DNA from: a virus
Lineage: Duplodnaviria > Heunggongvirae > Uroviricota > Caudoviricetes
DNA: 64,000 nucleotides
Direction: 5' to 3' (one strand)
Virus record (IMG/VR): IMGVR_UViG_3300027749_005140
Span: 64,001 to 128,000 of that record
In this document: positions 55,603 to 63,903 of the stretch, in pieces
Position numbering within the stretch: the first letter of the stretch is position 1
How the letters are laid out: each line of letters starts with the position of its first letter
Made by a program: the position numbers and the translations under genes
The notes under the pieces: generated by a model
The model's input: the letters and a program-made list of their open reading frames with translations, nothing else
The model's database searches: none
Told to the model about the DNA's origin: nothing

Positions 55603-57294
55603 TTAAAACATTATTTTTCCACCTGTTAAAACTTGATAGTTTAACATGCTTTTATTCATTTCATAAACTCCTGAGAAACTAACATTAAACTTAAACGTTT
55701 TTGTAAGTTTATAATCCCAGGTAGAATAAGGAACGATGAGTATACTACTATCCCACCATTTACCATCATAAAACTGTGTAAATGGAGAATAAACTCCGAT
55801 AAATAGTACAGAACCAGATATTTTTGGACTTATATTATATGAGTAAAACCCACCACCAATTGCAGATATATTCATAAAACTTTTTTCACCATATTTACCT
55901 GCAGTATAGTTTAAACCAGCCATTGTAGTAAGCTTTTTCCAATTACCTTTATATCTCTTAGATAATACCATTGTAGTTGTATTAAAAAAGTCTTTATCAA
56001 AGTTCATCATTGACGAATTTGCTGCAATAAATGTTAGTTTAGATTTTTTGAACACCCAAGCTTTATACAAAGTTATATTAGTATTATTTACAACTGATGT
56101 GAAATTGACTAATACACCTTTAACACGAGTATTATCAGTATTTGCCATTGTCATAGAACTTGTAAACTTAAACTGATTTTTTGCAGTAGGATCTTCTGCA
56201 CTTTTCATTACAACAATATCACCAGAACCAATCATAGATCCTGTTTTCTTCTCACTCTTATTACCTTTTCCACCACTAGAACCACCACTAGAGTTATCCT
56301 CTGCATCGGCTACTGTAGTTGATGTTGTACTTGAACTTGAACTAGTTGATGTATTTTTATCTTCATCCTTTTTATTATCACCGCTTGAATTATCCTCTGA
56401 ATTTGAAACTGCATTTGCAGTAGAACCACTTCCTCCTCCACTACCTTGAGTCGTAACTCCAGTACCACTAGTTGATACACTTGGTGTAGTAGTGTTATTT
56501 GCTACTGAAGTTGAACCAGAAGTTGTTGAACCACCATTAGTTGAACCATTAGTTGAACCAGAAGTTGTTGAATTACCATTAGTTGAACCAGAAGTTGAAC
56601 CAGAAGTTGTTGAACCATTAGTTGAACCAGAAGTTGTTGAACCATTAGTTGAACCATTAGTTGTTGAATTACCATTAGTTGAACCATTAGTTGAACCAGA
56701 AGTTGTTGAACCACCATTAGTTGAACCACCATTAGTTGAACCAGAAGTTGTTGAATTACCATTAGTTGAACCATTAGTTGTTGAATTACCATTAGTTGAA
56801 CCAGAACTTGTTGAACCAGAACTCTTCTCTTCTTTTTTCTCATTAGAAGAACTACTAGAATCACCATTCTCACTATTATCTAAAGCATTTGCTAAATTAC
56901 TAGACATTCCACCACCTGCAACATCCGATAAAATATCACTCATCATACTTGTTATGTTTGCAACACTTACAACAGTACTTATAACATTTTGGGCAACTGT
57001 CATATTTATATTATTCGTTAAAACAGTTGCTATAGCACCACAAGGTTGACTTGTATTTGTACCGGAAACTGTATTCATCCAAGTTTGGAAATTACCATTA
57101 TTAAAATCAACACTATTAAACGTACCAACATGACCATAATAATCTACAGTTACATTACTACCTGGTGCACCAATAGGTACAGTCAATGACTTTAACTTAC
57201 CAGAACAAGGCTCAATATAAGAGTAGTCATAACTACTTTGTGAATATGTAGTTAAACTAATTAGTATTAAAAGTAATGTTAGTATCTTTTTCAT
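55603..57294 (-). CDS. Secreted protein with a central Ser/Thr/Gly/Asn repeat and a C-terminal outer-membrane beta-barrel-like domain
   Basis: Signal peptide; STNG/STTSG repeats; about 200 C-terminal residues of amphipathic strands ending in Phe. Confidence 0.6.
   Translation of the reverse strand: MKKILTLLLILISLTTYSQSSYDYSYIEPCSGKLKSLTVPIGAPGSNVTVDYYGHVGTFNSVDFNNGNFQTWMNTVSGTNTSQPCGAIATVLTNNINMTVAQNVISTVVSVANITSMMSDILSDVAGGGMSSNLANALDNSENGDSSSSSNEKKEEKSSGSTSSGSTNGNSTTNGSTNGNSTTSGSTNGGSTNGGSTTSGSTNGSTNGNSTTNGSTNGSTTSGSTNGSTTSGSTSGSTNGNSTTSGSTNGSTNGGSTTSGSTSVANNTTTPSVSTSGTGVTTQGSGGGSGSTANAVSNSEDNSSGDNKKDEDKNTSTSSSSSTTSTTVADAEDNSSGGSSGGKGNKSEKKTGSMIGSGDIVVMKSAEDPTAKNQFKFTSSMTMANTDNTRVKGVLVNFTSVVNNTNITLYKAWVFKKSKLTFIAANSSMMNFDKDFFNTTTMVLSKRYKGNWKKLTTMAGLNYTAGKYGEKSFMNISAIGGGFYSYNISPKISGSVLFIGVYSPFTQFYDGKWWDSSILIVPYSTWDYKLTKTFKFNVSFSGVYEMNKSMLNYQVLTGGKIMF
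56505..56825 (-). repeat. Coding microrepeat array of 12-15-nt units encoding STNG / STTSG / STNGN
   Basis: Repeated gttgaaccatta and gttgaaccagaagtt units on the + strand. Confidence 0.9.
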
Positions 57295-58001
57295 TATTTA
57301 GCGAATACTGCTTTTTTAATCATTTTTGATATAATTCTTGAAGCAGCAGTTTCAAGAGATTTCTTTGTTGTAATACCAATAGTTGATTGATTAAACTTAA
57401 CCTCATCAACACCATCAAGTAAAGTTGCTTTCTTTATAGTAACTGCTTCACTTGTACCTGAACCTGTAATAACTTCACCTGTTTCTGCATCAACAAATCT
57501 AACTTGAAGTCCAAGAATAGTCTTTTGTTTTAACTCTGCAGAACCTACTGTAAGTTCTTCCTCATCTGATACAGAGAAGTCATATACTTCAATATAAACA
57601 AAGTATTTAGCTAAAATAACATTACCCTTCACTTTTATTTGATTTGATGATATACCCTTTGCGGAAGCTTTATCTTGTGCAATCATCTTTTGTTTGATGT
57701 CATTTTTATCTTCGGTGAATACGAAACGATTTGTCATCTCTAAGTATTCTAATACAATATTTGCAACACCTAATCCAACTCTTTTATCTTTAAGTTCTGG
57801 ATACATTGCATAAACATCTTCATTGATACCAATTGAAAGTACTTGTACCGGAATTGGTTCCCCATCATAGTCTGCAACTACATTGATAGATTGTTTTTTC
57901 TCAAATTCTGCTTGATATGACTCAGTTTTGGTACTACCTATAACTTGAGCAGTAGCTGATAATCCTATAAGAGAAATTATTATAAAAAGTAGGTTTTTCA
58001 T
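57294..58001 (-). CDS. CsgG/HfaB-family protein
   Basis: Signal peptide; GLGVANIVLEYL...RFVF-x-E, AKYFVYIEVYDF, LQVRFVDAETGEVI. Confidence 0.7.
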   Translation of the reverse strand: MKNLLFIIISLIGLSATAQVIGSTKTESYQAEFEKKQSINVVADYDGEPIPVQVLSIGINEDVYAMYPELKDKRVGLGVANIVLEYLEMTNRFVFTEDKNDIKQKMIAQDKASAKGISSNQIKVKGNVILAKYFVYIEVYDFSVSDEEELTVGSAELKQKTILGLQVRFVDAETGEVITGSGTSEAVTIKKATLLDGVDEVKFNQSTIGITTKKSLETAASRIISKMIKKAVFAK

Positions 58002-58022
58002 TACATTTTTTTATTTTTTTGG

Positions 58023-58058
58023 AAAAAAAAGAGATGATTTAAAAACCATCCCTTTTTT
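58023..58058 (-). terminator. Weak terminator-like hairpin inside the envelope operon
   Basis: AAAAAGAGATG...CATCCCTTTTT. Confidence 0.4.
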
Positions 58059-58070
58059 ATTTTTTGGTTT

Positions 58071-58391
58071 TTACCAAGGGTCTTCTTCTTTTGGTTTAGC
58101 TGGTGTAGCAGCAGGTGCCGCTTTCTCAACTGTTTTTTCTCTAATGATAGTTGTACCCCCACCACCTTGCTTTTGTTGGTTAGTGTTGTTATTAGCTACA
58201 TTAACTACAATAGGTGCTGCAGCTGGTGCTGCTACTTCAGTTTTTGTTTTCTCCTCATCATCTGAGTGTCCACCAAATAATTGAGTTGATACCCAAACTC
58301 CACCTGCAGTGATTAAAGTTGTTATTCCACCGATTATTGTTTTCTTTAATCCTGACATTGTACCGTCATTTGTTTCTGTTTCTTCTGACAT
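58071..58391 (-). CDS. Single-pass membrane protein
   Basis: Start moved to ATG 58391; hydrophobic IIGGITTLITAGGVWV; Ala/Pro-rich tail. Confidence 0.55.
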   Translation of the reverse strand: MSEETETNDGTMSGLKKTIIGGITTLITAGGVWVSTQLFGGHSDDEEKTKTEVAAPAAAPIVVNVANNNTNQQKQGGGGTTIIREKTVEKAAPAATPAKPKEEDPW

Positions 58392-58407
58392 AATTTTTTT
58401 ATTTTTT

Positions 58408-58761
58408 TTATTGTTCACTGTCCATTGTGTTAGATAGTGCAACACCATCTTCCTCATCAACCTTTTGAATAAGCATTTTATCTCTATCTTCAGAGTTGAA
58501 CCAATAGTCAACTACTTTGTTAAGATTTCCTACGAATGCACCTAAAAGAATAAGTAATAATTCTTTCCAGTCTTCTCCTACTGGTACTCCAAAGAATATA
58601 CCAGAATTGATTCCTAGTATAATCATAAAGAATAAACCTAATACTATCGCTGTAATTCTCCAACGATTAGATTGCATTTGTTGTAACATAAAGTAGAAAC
58701 GATTTTTATCATCTACTTTTACATACTCACTGTCTCCACCAAAAAATGATTTTAAACTCAT
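58408..58761 (-). CDS. Two-TM membrane protein, holin-like motif
   Basis: ITAIVLGLFFMIILG and LLLILLGAFVGNLNKVVDYWFNS. Confidence 0.5.
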   Translation of the reverse strand: MSLKSFFGGDSEYVKVDDKNRFYFMLQQMQSNRWRITAIVLGLFFMIILGINSGIFFGVPVGEDWKELLLILLGAFVGNLNKVVDYWFNSEDRDKMLIQKVDEEDGVALSNTMDSEQ

Positions 58762-58777
58762 ATTTATTTTATTTTTT

Positions 58778-60694
58778 TTATTGTTTAACTACTTTTGTTG
58801 CAGTTAAATGTTGTTGAGAATCAGGTGCCAAAACTGCGATATATGTCCCAGTTGGTAATTCACCTAAATCTACTGTATAGCTATATTTTCCCTTTGGAAA
58901 ATTCTCAGTTATAACATCAATACATTTTTTACCATTGATGTCATAGAAACCTAAGTTAGCTTTAGTTCCTTTTGATACTGTGAAAGCAACTGTTACCTGT
59001 CCATCAGTTGGATTAGGGTAAACAATCATTTCATTTGTATTTACTAAAGAACCATTATTCATTTTATTTATTACTACTAAACCATCAGTTGGTCTAATAT
59101 TGAAATCGTGAGAAGTTGCATCACCTGCTGCTTTACGAGTAACTACTAAAGGACTAGTTCCCCAGTCACCTTGTGGTTTTTTAGCAACAAATTGTAATGT
59201 GAATGCAATATCATTATTTTTAACTAAATCTAAACCACCGAATGCATCATAACCACCCCAGTCAATAATATTTTCTTCTGGGTTAGTATAAGACATCCAT
59301 CTTGAAACAGATGTTGTACTTTCAATCCCTTTAAATTCTAAAAGGGATTGGTCATACCATACTCCAAACTGCATTGAACCTAAAAGGTAATCAGCAGAAA
59401 GTACTCTTACAGGAACATTGATTAAGTTACCTTCTTGAATGTTATTTAAAGTAGGTAAGTTTAATTCAATTTCTTGATTTACATTATCAAATATGATAGT
59501 TTTGTCAATAATATGGTAAGGAGCATTTGCTGGGTTAGCAATCTCAATTGGAACCATACGAGCCATTTGGAAACCTGTGTTGTTAGTATCTCCTGCACCT
59601 AATACATAGAAACTTACTAATGTATGTGGATCAGCTGGTAAAATAACTTTATCAAATACAGTTACACCAGGAATTGTAGATCTCAAGTTTGTTGGTGAAG
59701 TATTTACAGTATTGTATTCAGTTTCATTAAAGAATAAAACATCTTTTACACCATTTGGCCAAGCAGTAAATCTACCTGCGATTCTACCAAATATTGAATA
59801 AACGTCAGCAATAGTAATTGTATTAGAACCATTTACGTCAGCAGAATAGAAATCAAATCCTGTTGGTGTAGTTGTACCTAAAACAATATCATTAGCTTTT
59901 TGAGCATCTGCTGTTGTTACGATGTTACCAAAGTTAAGAGCATCACCTTGAACGTGTATTCTTACATCATAGTAAGATACGTCAATTGGTTCATTAAATG
60001 TGAACGCACCATTCACATCAGTAGTAAATGTTGTTACATCTGTCCAAGTTGTTGCAGTAGTTGCTTTCTTTTGTAATACAACTGGGATGTTTTTTGCACC
60101 AGCACCTGTAACTGTTTTGAAGTTACCAGAGTAAGCAAACATTTGTTGTTGGAAAACCCCACCATAGTTATGAACAACTAAAGTTGTATCTAAACCATTT
60201 ATATCTGATGCTCCATTTGGAAATGCAGTTACACCAGTTACAGCCATATTGGCAATTGGATTTGTTCCTGAAAAGTTTTGAAAGTTAGGAGTATGAAGTA
60301 ATTTCAAATCAAATAACGTTCCATCAGGAATAGTAAAGGTAGAAGAACTACCAGTGTATGCGATTGTAATTGTTATGTTACCTTCAGTAGTGTTGGTAAC
60401 ATATTGTAAACTTTGTGGGAATGTTGTGTTTAAAGAAGTTACGACTGGAGCTCCACCTGCGAAAGCTACTTTGTCATACCATACTCTAAACTGAACACCC
60501 GAAACTTTTGTAGAAGTAGTGTTCGCATAACACATTCTAACATGAGTTTCCCCTGCAGTAATTGTCCCAACTGGGTAAGTACTGTCAAACATAACATAAA
60601 CCCCTGTTCCAGGAGCGGTAGGACAAGTCTGTGCAAATGTAGAAAAACTACATAACAAGAACAAACCTACCATAAAGGTTAAGATTTTTTTCAT
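58778..60694 (-). CDS. T9SS type-A-sorted protein with cohesin, dockerin-like and second cohesin domains
   Basis: Signal peptide; GVQFRVWYD and GSMQFGVWYDQSLLEF cohesin-like segments; paired Ca-binding repeats (NFGNIVTTADAQ, ADVNGSNTITIADV); C-terminal IVYPNP...FYDINGK...GTYIAVL...KVVKQ. Confidence 0.8.
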   Translation of the reverse strand: MKKILTFMVGLFLLCSFSTFAQTCPTAPGTGVYVMFDSTYPVGTITAGETHVRMCYANTTSTKVSGVQFRVWYDKVAFAGGAPVVTSLNTTFPQSLQYVTNTTEGNITITIAYTGSSSTFTIPDGTLFDLKLLHTPNFQNFSGTNPIANMAVTGVTAFPNGASDINGLDTTLVVHNYGGVFQQQMFAYSGNFKTVTGAGAKNIPVVLQKKATTATTWTDVTTFTTDVNGAFTFNEPIDVSYYDVRIHVQGDALNFGNIVTTADAQKANDIVLGTTTPTGFDFYSADVNGSNTITIADVYSIFGRIAGRFTAWPNGVKDVLFFNETEYNTVNTSPTNLRSTIPGVTVFDKVILPADPHTLVSFYVLGAGDTNNTGFQMARMVPIEIANPANAPYHIIDKTIIFDNVNQEIELNLPTLNNIQEGNLINVPVRVLSADYLLGSMQFGVWYDQSLLEFKGIESTTSVSRWMSYTNPEENIIDWGGYDAFGGLDLVKNNDIAFTLQFVAKKPQGDWGTSPLVVTRKAAGDATSHDFNIRPTDGLVVINKMNNGSLVNTNEMIVYPNPTDGQVTVAFTVSKGTKANLGFYDINGKKCIDVITENFPKGKYSYTVDLGELPTGTYIAVLAPDSQQHLTATKVVKQ

Positions 60695-60842
60695 TGGTTG
60701 GTTGATATTTTTTTTTTCATAATATATATTAAAAAAAAAATCGAAAAAATGTCAACTTTTCACTGTATATAAGTAAAATCCTTGTAAAATAAAGAGGACC
60801 TTTTATAGTAGAAAATTAAAAAAACTTTTGTACCTTTGTAAA

Positions 60843-61757
60843 ATGAAGAATATAGGCTATTGTTGTATCTCCATGGGAGTAAATACAGGTAAGAAAAAGA
60901 AAGAATTCGTAACGGTGAACCGAGGTATGGTTCGTAGAACATTTGATGCAAAAGGTCTTCCTTATGTATCAGAACTAATTATTGAAAATCTAAAAGATAC
61001 TTTAAAACTATTAGAGTATAACATTAAGAATAACATTTACATTTATCGAATGTCAAGTGACTCCTTTCCTTGGATGTCAGAATATGAGTTCAGTGATCTA
61101 CCAAAGTTCCCTGCCATTCATACTTATATGAAACTTATCGGTAAGAAAGTAAAAGACCACGGTATACGTATATCGTACCACCCTGGACCTTTCAATGTGC
61201 TCGCAAGTGAGAATCCATCAGTAGTTCAGAAGACTATTAAAGAATTAAACAAACACGCAGAACTTATGGATTTGATGGAATTAGACCAAACTACATTCTA
61301 TCCAATCAACATTCATATCAATACTACTCAACCAACAAGAGAGTTGGCTGCAGAAAGATTTTGTAAAGAGTTTGAAAACTTATCAGAGTCTTGTAAGAAA
61401 AGATTAGTTGTAGAGAATGACGATGGTCAAAACCAATACTCTGTTAAAATGTTATATGACTGGGTTCATCAAGTTATTGGTATTCCAATTACTGTAGATA
61501 GTTTACACTATCAATGTCATCCAGATAATATGAGTTGGGAAGATACATTAAGATTAGGAACATCTACTTGGAAAGGTGTAAGACCTCTTACACATCATTC
61601 ATCTACAAAAACATATGAAGATACTACTGCAAAAAAAATTGCACATGCTGATTTTTTATATGAAAAGTTTGAAAGTTTTGATATAGAAGTAGATATAGAA
61701 CTAGAATGCAAACAAAAAGATTTGGCTTTATTTAGATACAGGAAAGAGCATATTTAA
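60843..61757 (+). CDS. uvsE: UV-damage endonuclease UvsE/UVDE
   Basis: IGYCCI, YRMSSD-x-FP, SYHPGPFNVL, NIH, LVVENDD, VDSLHY, HHS, H-x-D, ELECKQKD. Confidence 0.9.
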   Translation: MKNIGYCCISMGVNTGKKKKEFVTVNRGMVRRTFDAKGLPYVSELIIENLKDTLKLLEYNIKNNIYIYRMSSDSFPWMSEYEFSDLPKFPAIHTYMKLIGKKVKDHGIRISYHPGPFNVLASENPSVVQKTIKELNKHAELMDLMELDQTTFYPINIHINTTQPTRELAAERFCKEFENLSESCKKRLVVENDDGQNQYSVKMLYDWVHQVIGIPITVDSLHYQCHPDNMSWEDTLRLGTSTWKGVRPLTHHSSTKTYEDTTAKKIAHADFLYEKFESFDIEVDIELECKQKDLALFRYRKEHI

Positions 61758-61758
61758 T

Positions 61759-61857
61759 ATGGGTCGTTATTGTCCCGTATGGTTTGATGAAAGAGAATTA
61801 GAGTTTGTAAATAAAGATGATGAACGAGATTATAAACTCAAAAAGTTATTAGGATAA
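61759..61857 (+). CDS. Small protein (32 aa) consisting largely of the C-terminal tag, not in ORF track
   Basis: MGRYCPVWFDERELEFVNKDDERDYKLKKLLG. Confidence 0.5.
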   Translation: MGRYCPVWFDERELEFVNKDDERDYKLKKLLG

Positions 61858-61917
61858 TTTGGTATTATCAAATAATGACCGTATATTTGTACTCTAATCA
61901 AATAACAAAAACGACTT

Positions 61918-62292
61918 ATGATAACATCTACTAAAATCAATTCAGTTCAAGCTAAGATTAAAGCAGCAATCGCACAAATTGCAAGAGAAGAAAATGTTGA
62001 TATTACTTTTGGTTCTTGTAGATATGACAGTGCCAAATACAACACGACAATGACTGTTAAAACTAAAGTTATCACTGAAAGAGTTATCACTGTAAATGAT
62101 AATACTTCTAAAATGTTAGGATTTGATGGTAATGTTATTGGTAGATTTACAATTGTAAATGGTAAAACATTCACTATCACTGACATCAAAACAAGAAACA
62201 GAACTTATCCAATCATCGCGCAGTTTGAAGGTAAATCATACAAGCTTAGTGTACCACAAGTAAAAAGAGGTTTACTAAACTTAACAAAATAA
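61918..62292 (+). CDS. Hypothetical protein
   Basis: Extended TATATTTG promoter cassette upstream. Confidence 0.6.
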   Translation: MITSTKINSVQAKIKAAIAQIAREENVDITFGSCRYDSAKYNTTMTVKTKVITERVITVNDNTSKMLGFDGNVIGRFTIVNGKTFTITDIKTRNRTYPIIAQFEGKSYKLSVPQVKRGLLNLTK

Positions 62293-62320
62293 TAAAAGAG
62301 GACTATTTGTCCTCTTTTTT
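62293..62320. terminator. Bidirectional terminator
   Basis: AAAAGAGGAC-tattt-GTCCTCTTTT between convergent genes. Confidence 0.8.
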
Positions 62321-62770
62321 CTTTTTATTTCTTTCGATAATCATTTCCTCTGGTGTTAGTAATCCTCTACCAAACAATTTAACTCTATCGTCATATCTTT
62401 TCTTAACTCTTTCTGAAATTGGCACTGGTGCTCCTTCATCATCAATTCTAACGAATACCATTTTAGTCGAACAAACTAAATCTTGAACACCTGTATAAAC
62501 ATTATGTTTTCTTGCTTCAAGATTGATTGTAATAGATGTATTACCTATCTTCTCAACACTACCATATATCTTAATTAAGTTACCAGTTTTAACTGGTCTT
62601 TGAAAAATTACTTCTTCAATTTTCTTTGTAACCATTCTTGGTGTATCACAAATCTGACAACAATAAACTGCTGCAGACTCGTCTAAAATTGACATCATTT
62701 CACCACCAAATAAATTTCCATGTACTCCTATCTGTGAGGCCATACACACTCTTGTTGTAATTAGTTCCAT
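62303..62770 (-). CDS. Hotdog-fold acyl-CoA thioesterase (YciA-like)
   Basis: GVHGNLFGGEMMSILDESA, VT, F-x-RPV-x-G-x-L, GNTSI, MVFVRID-x2-G-x-PVP. Confidence 0.85.
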   Translation of the reverse strand: MELITTRVCMASQIGVHGNLFGGEMMSILDESAAVYCCQICDTPRMVTKKIEEVIFQRPVKTGNLIKIYGSVEKIGNTSITINLEARKHNVYTGVQDLVCSTKMVFVRIDDEGAPVPISERVKKRYDDRVKLFGRGLLTPEEMIIERNKKKKEDK

Positions 62771-62773
62771 TAT

Positions 62774-63187
62774 TTATATTTTAATTATTTCTACCCCTGC
62801 TTCTCTTAAAAACTCTACACCAGTTATATCTTTGTAATCTTCGTGATAAACTAATCTTTTAATTCCTGATTGAAGAACTAATTTAGAACAATCTCTACAC
62901 GGAGAATGTGTTTGATATAATGTTGCACCATCACAAGATTGACCGTGTTTAGCACATTTTAAGATAGCATTTGCTTCTGCGTGAATAACAAACCAATTAG
63001 TTTCATCATTAGTCTCACAGCAGTTATCAAACCCTGTCGGTGTTCCATTGTAACCATCTGATACAATCATACCATTTTTTACAATTATGGCTCCTACTTG
63101 TTTTCTAGTACAATGTGAAAGTGTTGCCCACTCGTGAGCCATATTTAGATATACTTTATCGTATCTTTCTTGTTTTTCCTTTTCCAT
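62774..63187 (-). CDS. dCMP deaminase (ComEB-like)
   Basis: SHC-x-R-x-QVGAIIV, GYNG-x-P-x-G, HAEANAI, SPC-x2-C. Confidence 0.9.
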   Translation of the reverse strand: MEKEKQERYDKVYLNMAHEWATLSHCTRKQVGAIIVKNGMIVSDGYNGTPTGFDNCCETNDETNWFVIHAEANAILKCAKHGQSCDGATLYQTHSPCRDCSKLVLQSGIKRLVYHEDYKDITGVEFLREAGVEIIKI

Positions 63188-63357
63188 TTCATTATTCTTT
63201 TAATTTTACCAATACGTCTATGTTTTCTGAGTATCTTATGAAACTCTTCATAAGTTTCTTTTGAAGTAACAACATAATTAGCAGAACCTCTTATAGAAGC
63301 TCTACTAATCTCATTTGCTGCTTTACTTATCTTACTAATTAAAGATCGATTATCCAT
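63145..63357 (-). CDS. Small protein carrying a gp23 major-capsid-like segment plus the tag
   Basis: LISKISKAANEISRASIRGSANYVVTS; then RRIGKIKRIM; start moved to ATG 63357. Confidence 0.55.
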   Translation of the reverse strand: MDNRSLISKISKAANEISRASIRGSANYVVTSKETYEEFHKILRKHRRIGKIKRIMKWKRKNKKDTIKYI

Positions 63358-63901
63358 GAATTTTATCAATCTGATGTAAATCCAAAGTCAATGGTGTTTT
63401 TCTACCAAAGATTGAAACTGCTAGAACTACTTTTTGATCTTCAACTTTCTCAACGGTCGCTTTCATTGTAGTGAAAGGTCCTTCGTTTATCATAACTTCT
63501 TCACCAACAATATAAGAAAGTGTTGATTCTTTAGTCATTGATTCAGTATGTCTACCAATCATTCTATTTACTTCTAATTCAGTAAGTGATTTAATGTCAC
63601 CATTTCTTTCTGTTAAGAAACCGGCAACTCCTTTAACACCTTTTAAAAAGTATTTAAGTTCTCCTAATGAATTAGTTTCCATAAAGATATATCCAGGTAA
63701 CATAATAGTTTCTTTCTGAACTTTCTTACCATTTTTCAAGTAGAAAATCTTTTCAAGTGGAACAATTACTTGTCCTACTTTACCAATAAGATCTCCATTC
63801 TCTGCTTCTTTTGTAAGACGCTCTGCTACTGATTTTTCGCGGTTTCCAGCGGTGCGGACCACATAAAAGCTCATACCTTGTGTATGTTTTGTATTTTCCA
63901 T
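63350..63901 (-). CDS. nusG: NusG transcription elongation factor
   Basis: NGN domain FYVVRT-x-GNRE...PGYIF...VAGFL; KOW domain GEEV-x-I-x-EGPF...VSIFGRKTP. Confidence 0.85.
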   Translation of the reverse strand: MENTKHTQGMSFYVVRTAGNREKSVAERLTKEAENGDLIGKVGQVIVPLEKIFYLKNGKKVQKETIMLPGYIFMETNSLGELKYFLKGVKGVAGFLTERNGDIKSLTELEVNRMIGRHTESMTKESTLSYIVGEEVMINEGPFTTMKATVEKVEDQKVVLAVSIFGRKTPLTLDLHQIDKIHG

Positions 63902-63903
63902 AT

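Noticed and set aside
56505-56825. Possible CRISPR array or ice-nucleation repeat
   Set aside because: Units are 12-15 nt, in frame, without unique spacers; they lack the AGYGSTxTA ice-nucleation periodicity
56492-57049. ORF-track entries 56492..57049 (+, VEP repeats) and 56502..56873 (-, VQLM repeats)
   Set aside because: Alternative-frame read-outs of the STNG microrepeat inside 55603..57294
58408-58761. Lysis cassette built around the holin-like protein
   Set aside because: No endolysin or spanin is adjacent; the context is the secretion module
4761-62189. Short nested or antisense ORFs (4761, 6533, 11786, 12727, 16276, 16657, 17104, 20998, 21295, 29237, 32694, 33393, 34051, 36110, 42186, 44909, 46759, 47019, 47038, 50661, 55245, 60760, 61947)
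   Set aside because: Shadow frames of longer genes with recognisable domains or better context
63350-63901. Calling the NusG an UpxY or RfaH
   Set aside because: It retains the housekeeping KOW tail and is not at the head of the glycan operon
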